This document shows positions 59,057 through 64,000 of a stretch of 64,000 nucleotides of DNA, one piece after another. Both the position numbers and the translations under genes were made by a program. The notes under the pieces were generated by a model. The model was not told where the DNA came from, ran no database searches, and saw only the letters and a list, made by a program, of their open reading frames with translations. The stretch is taken from assembly GCA_963727445.1 (NCBI GenBank), contig CAVSGI010000006.1:288001-352000 (forward strand), given 5' to 3'. This DNA comes from an uncultured delta proteobacterium (GTDB lineage: Bacteria; Myxococcota_A; Polyangia; Polyangiales; B10-G4). Position 1 is the stretch's first letter; each line of letters begins with the position of its first letter.

Positions 59057-59949
59057 ACGTGCGAATGGTCCTCACGGCCTTCGTGATCGTCGTCTCGGCG
59101 TGTGGGGATGACGGACCGGCGGACGCGCCTGCCAGGGAGCAGGGCGGCGACGACGTCGGCGGTGAGACGGTGGCCACCGTCGATGGTGTCGGGATCTCCA
59201 TCGACGAGGTGGAGGCGATGGTCTCGCGCACCGGATTGTCACCGGAACAGGCGCTTCGGAAGCTCGAAGAGCAAGAGCTGCTGGCGGCTGAAGCGCGGCG
59301 GCGGGGCCTCGGCGCGCGAAGGGAGACGCGTGAGGCAGGCGAGCGCGCGATGATTCAGCGCTACCTCATCGAGCGCGTAGAGGGCGTGGTCACCCCCGCG
59401 TCGATCACCGATGAAGCGATGCGCACCAGGTACGAGGCGCAGCGGGACCGTTACGTCCGGCCGGCGCTCCGGCGGTCGACGCATCTGCTCTTCGAGGTGC
59501 CCGAGGACGCATCGCCGGAGGTGGTGAGAGAGAAGCAGAGAGAGGCCGCGCGCGTGCTCCGCGAGGCCGAGCACGGCGACGCGGCGACGGTGTTGGCCAC
59601 CGAGGCCGAAGCCGGTCCGGGACGCCGACTCGAGGAGCTCCCGCCATTCCCGCGGCAGGGGGCGCTCGAAGAGCCCTACGCTCGCGCGCTCTTCGAGACG
59701 CCGCCTGGGGAGCTCTATCCCGCGGCGGTGAGGACGCGCTACGGCTTCCACGTGATCCTGGTCACGGAGGAGATCCCCGGGGAGACGACGACCTTCGAGG
59801 AGGCCATGCCCGAGATTCGGGACGCGCTGGTCGTGGAGGGCAGGGCGGCGCTGCTGTCGCGCCTCTTGCGCGAGCTCGGCGCCGAGCGGCCGGTGCAGCT
59901 CGAGGAGCCGGCGCTGCAGCGCATCGACCGGCTGGAGCTCGACCCGTGA
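59053..59949 (+). CDS. PpiC-type peptidyl-prolyl isomerase lipoprotein
   Basis: Lipobox VSAC; VATVDGVGI; THLLF; VRTRYGFHVI. Confidence 0.82.
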   Translation: MNVRMVLTAFVIVVSACGDDGPADAPAREQGGDDVGGETVATVDGVGISIDEVEAMVSRTGLSPEQALRKLEEQELLAAEARRRGLGARRETREAGERAMIQRYLIERVEGVVTPASITDEAMRTRYEAQRDRYVRPALRRSTHLLFEVPEDASPEVVREKQREAARVLREAEHGDAATVLATEAEAGPGRRLEELPPFPRQGALEEPYARALFETPPGELYPAAVRTRYGFHVILVTEEIPGETTTFEEAMPEIRDALVVEGRAALLSRLLRELGAERPVQLEEPALQRIDRLELDP

Positions 59950-60623
59950 CCGTGAAGAAGCGGCGGCGGCGCAAGACTCACGAGGCGCCGCGCGACATGG
60001 ACGAGAGCGCCTTCACCCACATCCTGAGGCGCCTGTGGAAGAGCAGCGAAAGCGTGCTGTCGGTCGTGTTCATCGACTCCGAGGGAGAGGCGATCGACTA
60101 CTGCTCGTCGATCGATCCATTCGAGGCGAAGGTCATCGGCGCGCAGATGATGGTCACGGCGCGCTCCATCCTCGATTCCCTCGTCAAGGCGGCCCACGGT
60201 CGCATGTACGAGATGACGGTCATCGCCGAGCAGCAGGTGCTCATCGTCCGGCGGGTGTCGAACGATCTGGCGCTCGTGATCTCCACGCGCGTAGGCGAGG
60301 ACGAGCATCCGGTGGCGGTCGCGGTGGAGCGCTGCGTGGACCGACTGCGGCGCGAAGCCAAGCTCGATGTTCCCGAGTGGGAGCCGCGTCCCAAGCCACT
60401 CGAGGTGCTGATCCGCGAAGCGGTCGGTTGGGACTACGCGCCCGCGCTCTTCAGCGACAAGGAAGGCGAATGGACCGAGGTGTCGGTGGTCCTCGGGCGC
60501 TGGGAGGATGACGATCAGGACGACCTGACCTGCTTCCGCGTCCGCACACGCGACGGAAACGAGGTCACGCTCGCCCACGACACGAAGTACGATCGCTGGA
60601 CGTTGTTGAGCGACGCGTATTGA
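59946..60623 (+). CDS. Roadblock/LC7-like domain protein with an extra C-terminal domain
   Basis: FTHILRRL...VVFIDSEGEAIDY...VLIVRRVSNDLALV; C-terminal VLGRW...FRVRTRDG...LAHD...W. Confidence 0.6.
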   Translation: MTVKKRRRRKTHEAPRDMDESAFTHILRRLWKSSESVLSVVFIDSEGEAIDYCSSIDPFEAKVIGAQMMVTARSILDSLVKAAHGRMYEMTVIAEQQVLIVRRVSNDLALVISTRVGEDEHPVAVAVERCVDRLRREAKLDVPEWEPRPKPLEVLIREAVGWDYAPALFSDKEGEWTEVSVVLGRWEDDDQDDLTCFRVRTRDGNEVTLAHDTKYDRWTLLSDAY

Positions 60624-60651
60624 AGGGGGCGCGACCCTCGGGCGTTCCGGG

Positions 60652-62019
60652 TCACCACACCAGGAGCACGGTGCCCATCCAGATGGCGCCGGCGAGCATG
60701 ATGATGGCCGTGTAGCCGATGACGTCTTTCGCCTTCACGCCGGTGATGGCGAGCAGAGGCAGGGCCCAGAAGGGTTGGAGCATGTTGGTGAGCTGGTCGC
60801 CGTAGGCGACGGCCATCACGGCTTCGCTCAGGGGCACGCCGAGGGTGCGCGAGGCTTCGACGGCGATGGGGCCCTGCACGGCCCACTGGCCGCCGCCGCT
60901 TGGAACGAAGAGGTTGATGACCCCCGCCGAGAGCATGGTGAGCACGCCGTAGCTGTGTGCCGAGGCAGCGGAGGTGATGGCGCTGGCGAAAGTGGCGCCG
61001 AGGCCGGTGCCGCGCATGACGCCCATGATCCCGGCGTAGAACGGGAACTGCAGCACGATGCCGCTCGTGCCCGCCACCGCGTCCGCCACCGCGAGTCGGT
61101 AGCGCCTGAGGCTCCCATGCAGCGCGAGGCCGAGCGTGAGAAAGAGCAGGTTCAGCGCGTTCGGATCGAGCTTCGCGATCCCCACGTCCACGAGCCACAG
61201 GGCGAATGCCGCGCCGAGAGGGATCACCAGGAGCCACGCCGTGATGGGGCTCGCCTCGATGCGCTCCGGCAGGGTCTCGGCGGCGGCTTCCTCTTCGCCG
61301 TCGTCCTCGGGCGGCGCGCCCAGATACTCGGTCATCGACTCGCAGGGCTCCGCGCCGCGCGGCGCCAGGGCCGCCGCCAGCGCCGGCACCAGGAAGAGGA
61401 GCCCGAGCGTCACCACCAGGTTCATCGGTGAGAGCACCGTCTTCATGAAGGACAGCGTTCCGACCTCTGTCGCCACGTCCTCGCCGAGGAAGCGCGCCAC
61501 GTTCGCTTCGGTCGTCATCATGAGCGGCGCGCTTCCGCTGAAGCCGCCGTGCCAGCACATGAGCCCGGTGTATCCCGCTGCCGAGAGCAGCGGGTAGTGC
61601 GCGGCGATACCGCGCGCCGCGCAGCTCTTGCCGACCTCGCGCGCGAGGATCGCCCCCACCACCAACCCGAGGCCCCAGTTGAGGAGCGCGGTGAAGATGG
61701 CGACGAAGGCGACGAGGAACGCGGCCTGTGCGCCGCTTCGCGGCAGCGCGGCCACCCCGACGAGGAAGCGCTTCACCACCGGCGCCGAAGCGAGCGCGTG
61801 ACCCGTGACGAGGATCAGCACCATCTGCATGGTGAAGGCGAGCAGGCTGAAGAAGCCGGTGTCGCCTTGCCATGCGCGAACGATCTCGAGCGGCCCCACC
61901 GATTCGATGATCGCCGCCAGGAGGAAGGTCAGCAGCGTCAGGCCCACCGCCAGGACGAAGGGATCGGGCGTCGTTGCGCGAAAGAAGGCCGCGAATCGAT
62001 GCCCCAGCCGACGGATCAT
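60652..62019 (-). CDS. atoE: Short-chain fatty acid transporter (AtoE family)
   Basis: PDPFVLA, FTMQMVLILVTGH, WHGGFSGSAPL, QFPFYAGIMG, FVPSGGGQWAVQGP, NMLQPFWALP. Confidence 0.92.
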   Translation of the reverse strand: MIRRLGHRFAAFFRATTPDPFVLAVGLTLLTFLLAAIIESVGPLEIVRAWQGDTGFFSLLAFTMQMVLILVTGHALASAPVVKRFLVGVAALPRSGAQAAFLVAFVAIFTALLNWGLGLVVGAILAREVGKSCAARGIAAHYPLLSAAGYTGLMCWHGGFSGSAPLMMTTEANVARFLGEDVATEVGTLSFMKTVLSPMNLVVTLGLLFLVPALAAALAPRGAEPCESMTEYLGAPPEDDGEEEAAAETLPERIEASPITAWLLVIPLGAAFALWLVDVGIAKLDPNALNLLFLTLGLALHGSLRRYRLAVADAVAGTSGIVLQFPFYAGIMGVMRGTGLGATFASAITSAASAHSYGVLTMLSAGVINLFVPSGGGQWAVQGPIAVEASRTLGVPLSEAVMAVAYGDQLTNMLQPFWALPLLAITGVKAKDVIGYTAIIMLAGAIWMGTVLLVW

Positions 62020-62164
62020 GGCGGGCACCATAGACCACTTCTCTTTCGGGGGTGGCGGCTGAGCGTGGGCCGTCCTTCCTCCCGGCAGGGCCCTTCGGGG
62101 GCCAGGCCCTGACGCTCGCAATCGGATTGCCGCATCGGGCCAGATTCCGATACGATTTCGGCCC

Positions 62165-63391
62165 GTGAGCCGCGCTTGTCCCCAGTGCCGCACCGTCTAT
62201 CCGGACGAGGTTTTCTTCTGTGGCGAGGACGGGACCATCACGGTGCAGGTCCAGGACCCCTCCGACCCCGATGCACGCCTCGGCACGCGCCTCGGCGGTT
62301 ACATCGTCGTCGCCCGCGTGGCCGATGGCGCGATGGGACGCGTGTACGAAGGCAGGCACCCCGAGACCAAGGAGCGGGTGGCCATCAAGGTGCTCCACGC
62401 CGACGTCGCGCGCGACACGGTCTCGGTGGAGCGATTCAAGCGCGAGTACGAGACCGCGGCCGAATTCCACCACCCGAACATCGTCGCCGTGCTGGAGTTC
62501 GGTGAGACCGGTGACGGAAGTTACTTCCTCACCATGGAGTACCTCGAGGGCGAAGAGCTCGGTGAGCTGCTCCGACGCGAGGGCGCCATCCCCCGCGAGC
62601 GCGTGGTGCGCATCGTGACTCAGCTCAGCCTGGCGCTCGACTACGCGCACTCCTTCGGGGTGATCCACCGCGACCTCAAGCCGGACAACGTCTTCCTCTG
62701 CCAGAGCCCCGACGGCGACGTGGTCCGCGTGCTCGATTTCGGCTCGGTGAAGCTGCAGATGGAGATGGGACCGAAGCTCACCGCCTTCGGGACGACGCTC
62801 GGCTCGCCGTACTACATGTCGCCGGAGCAGGCGATGGGGAAGCAGGACGTCGATCAGCGCACGGACATCTTCGCCGTCGCCGCGATCCTCTTCGAGATGT
62901 GCACCGGCAAGATCGCCTTCGAGGGCAGCACCGTCGCCGAGATTCTCATGAAGATCGTCAACGGCACACCGCCCATGGCGAGCCAGGTGCGTCCGGGCGT
63001 TCCGCCCGGTCTCGACGACGTCATCCAGACCGGGCTCCGCAAGGACAAGGCTCAGCGCTACGAGAGCTGCGCCGCGCTGGCCCACGCCGCGCTCATGGCC
63101 TACGGGATCGATGGCAGCGTCGAGGAGATCGCGACCACGCCCGCGAGCGCCCTCACCGAGCGTCTCTCCCACGTCAAGGCGCCTGTGGTGCCGCCCGGCC
63201 AGACGCCCCTCGACCTGCCCGCGAATCTGCGGCCCTCCGACGGTGGGGCACCCCTCGGCTCCCTTCCGCCCAACACCGCGCAGGTGCCGACGTCGGCGCC
63301 CTCGCCGGCTCTGTTGATCGGCCTCGGCGTGGCGATCCTCGGGATCGTGCTCCTGGGGATCGTCGTGGTGGCGCTAGTCATCCTGCGCTGA
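62165..63391 (+). CDS. Ser/Thr protein kinase with an N-terminal zinc ribbon and C-terminal TM
   Basis: CPQC...FCGEDG; GAMGRVY, VAIK, HRDLKPDN, DFGSVK, YMSPEQ. Confidence 0.93.
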   Translation: MSRACPQCRTVYPDEVFFCGEDGTITVQVQDPSDPDARLGTRLGGYIVVARVADGAMGRVYEGRHPETKERVAIKVLHADVARDTVSVERFKREYETAAEFHHPNIVAVLEFGETGDGSYFLTMEYLEGEELGELLRREGAIPRERVVRIVTQLSLALDYAHSFGVIHRDLKPDNVFLCQSPDGDVVRVLDFGSVKLQMEMGPKLTAFGTTLGSPYYMSPEQAMGKQDVDQRTDIFAVAAILFEMCTGKIAFEGSTVAEILMKIVNGTPPMASQVRPGVPPGLDDVIQTGLRKDKAQRYESCAALAHAALMAYGIDGSVEEIATTPASALTERLSHVKAPVVPPGQTPLDLPANLRPSDGGAPLGSLPPNTAQVPTSAPSPALLIGLGVAILGIVLLGIVVVALVILR

Positions 63392-64000
63392 GGCGGCGGC
63401 GACGAAGTCGTTGCCCCTCAGGGTCAACAGCCGCGTGGCCCGGAGCGGTCCTCTGCTCGCGGAGAAGCCCCCGCTCGGCGCCGCCGTCGGCGCCCGCACG
63501 TCGGTCAGCCGGGCCGCCAGGTCGGGGCGGGTGGTGGCGCCCGCGTCCACGCCGCGCCGGATAAGGCTCACCGCGTCGTATGCCCACGCCGCGAATCCGT
63601 CGGGCTCGGTTCCATAGCGCTCCATGAAGGCGTCGGCGAAGGTTCGGCCGGTTCCGCTCTCCACCGGCGCCCAGAAGGGGACCGAGAAGAGCGCACCCTG
63701 CAGGTAGCGCCCGGTGCTTCGCGGCAGCGTCGGCGCGAAACCGACGCTCGGAACGAGCAAGGTGATCGCGTGCGCGTCGCCGGGAGCGCTGCCGCCCGCC
63801 GGCACGCTCCACAGACCGCCGCTGGCCAGCGCGGGCGCGATCAACGCGACCTTCGCAGAGGCGTCAGCGACGAAGAGCGCGTCGAAGCGCTCGTGGCGCA
63901 ACTGGGTGATGGCCGGGCCGAAGGCCGTCGCGGTCGGCTCGTAGCTCGCCTGCGCCACGACCTGGCCACCGGCGCTGCCGACGCTCGCGACGAAGGACTC
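63374..64000 (-). CDS. 3' part of a periplasmic binding protein / LpoA(LppC)-like protein (truncated by window end)
   Basis: FDALFVAD...LIAPALA; FADAFMERYGTEPDGFAAWAYDA, a type I periplasmic-binding fold signature. Confidence 0.65.
   Translation of the reverse strand, partial: ESFVASVGSAGGQVVAQASYEPTATAFGPAITQLRHERFDALFVADASAKVALIAPALASGGLWSVPAGGSAPGDAHAITLLVPSVGFAPTLPRSTGRYLQGALFSVPFWAPVESGTGRTFADAFMERYGTEPDGFAAWAYDAVSLIRRGVDAGATTRPDLAARLTDVRAPTAAPSGGFSASRGPLRATRLLTLRGNDFVAAASAQDD

Noticed and set aside
56599..63172. Long antisense ORFs (56599..58791, 60515..63172; similarly 42128..44041 and others)
   Set aside because: High-GC shadow frames opposite or overlapping well-supported genes, with no recognisable motifs.
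1..64000. tRNA/rRNA genes, prophage or integrase
   Set aside because: No cloverleaf/T-loop signatures were noticed in the intergenic gaps and no phage or recombinase motifs were recognised by eye; tRNAscan/Infernal would be needed to exclude these formally.

Overview
High-GC chromosomal window from a myxobacterium-like organism (Polyangiales/Sandaracinaceae-type content: several Ser/Thr kinases, an FHA-GAF sigma54 activator, bactofilins, many Cys-rich lipoproteins). The taxon is inferred from gene content. About 65 CDS are present, mostly housekeeping: maf, yggS, proC (frameshifted), pepP, a partial nuo cluster (A-B-C-D-G-H-I), ppx, arfB, a metB-like enzyme, LytS/LytTR, ihfB, tyrS, glgA/glgC, gshA, pyrE and atoE. 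The most notable element is a compact operon at 47282-50530 that looks like an uncharacterised RiPP system. It encodes a 68-aa precursor with a twin-arginine (RRKFLK) leader, a YxxPL motif and five (S/T)-C-x-P repeats, followed by a radical SAM enzyme, a standalone PqqD/RRE, an HPr-kinase-like kinase and a methyltransferase, with no dedicated peptidase or exporter. Also notable are a 109-bp structured tandem repeat array (not CRISPR), an intergenic mosaic with a perfect 28-bp inverted repeat, and two single-base frameshifts. No rRNA, tRNA, CRISPR array or transposase was recognised. All product calls come from reading motifs by eye; no database searches were run.
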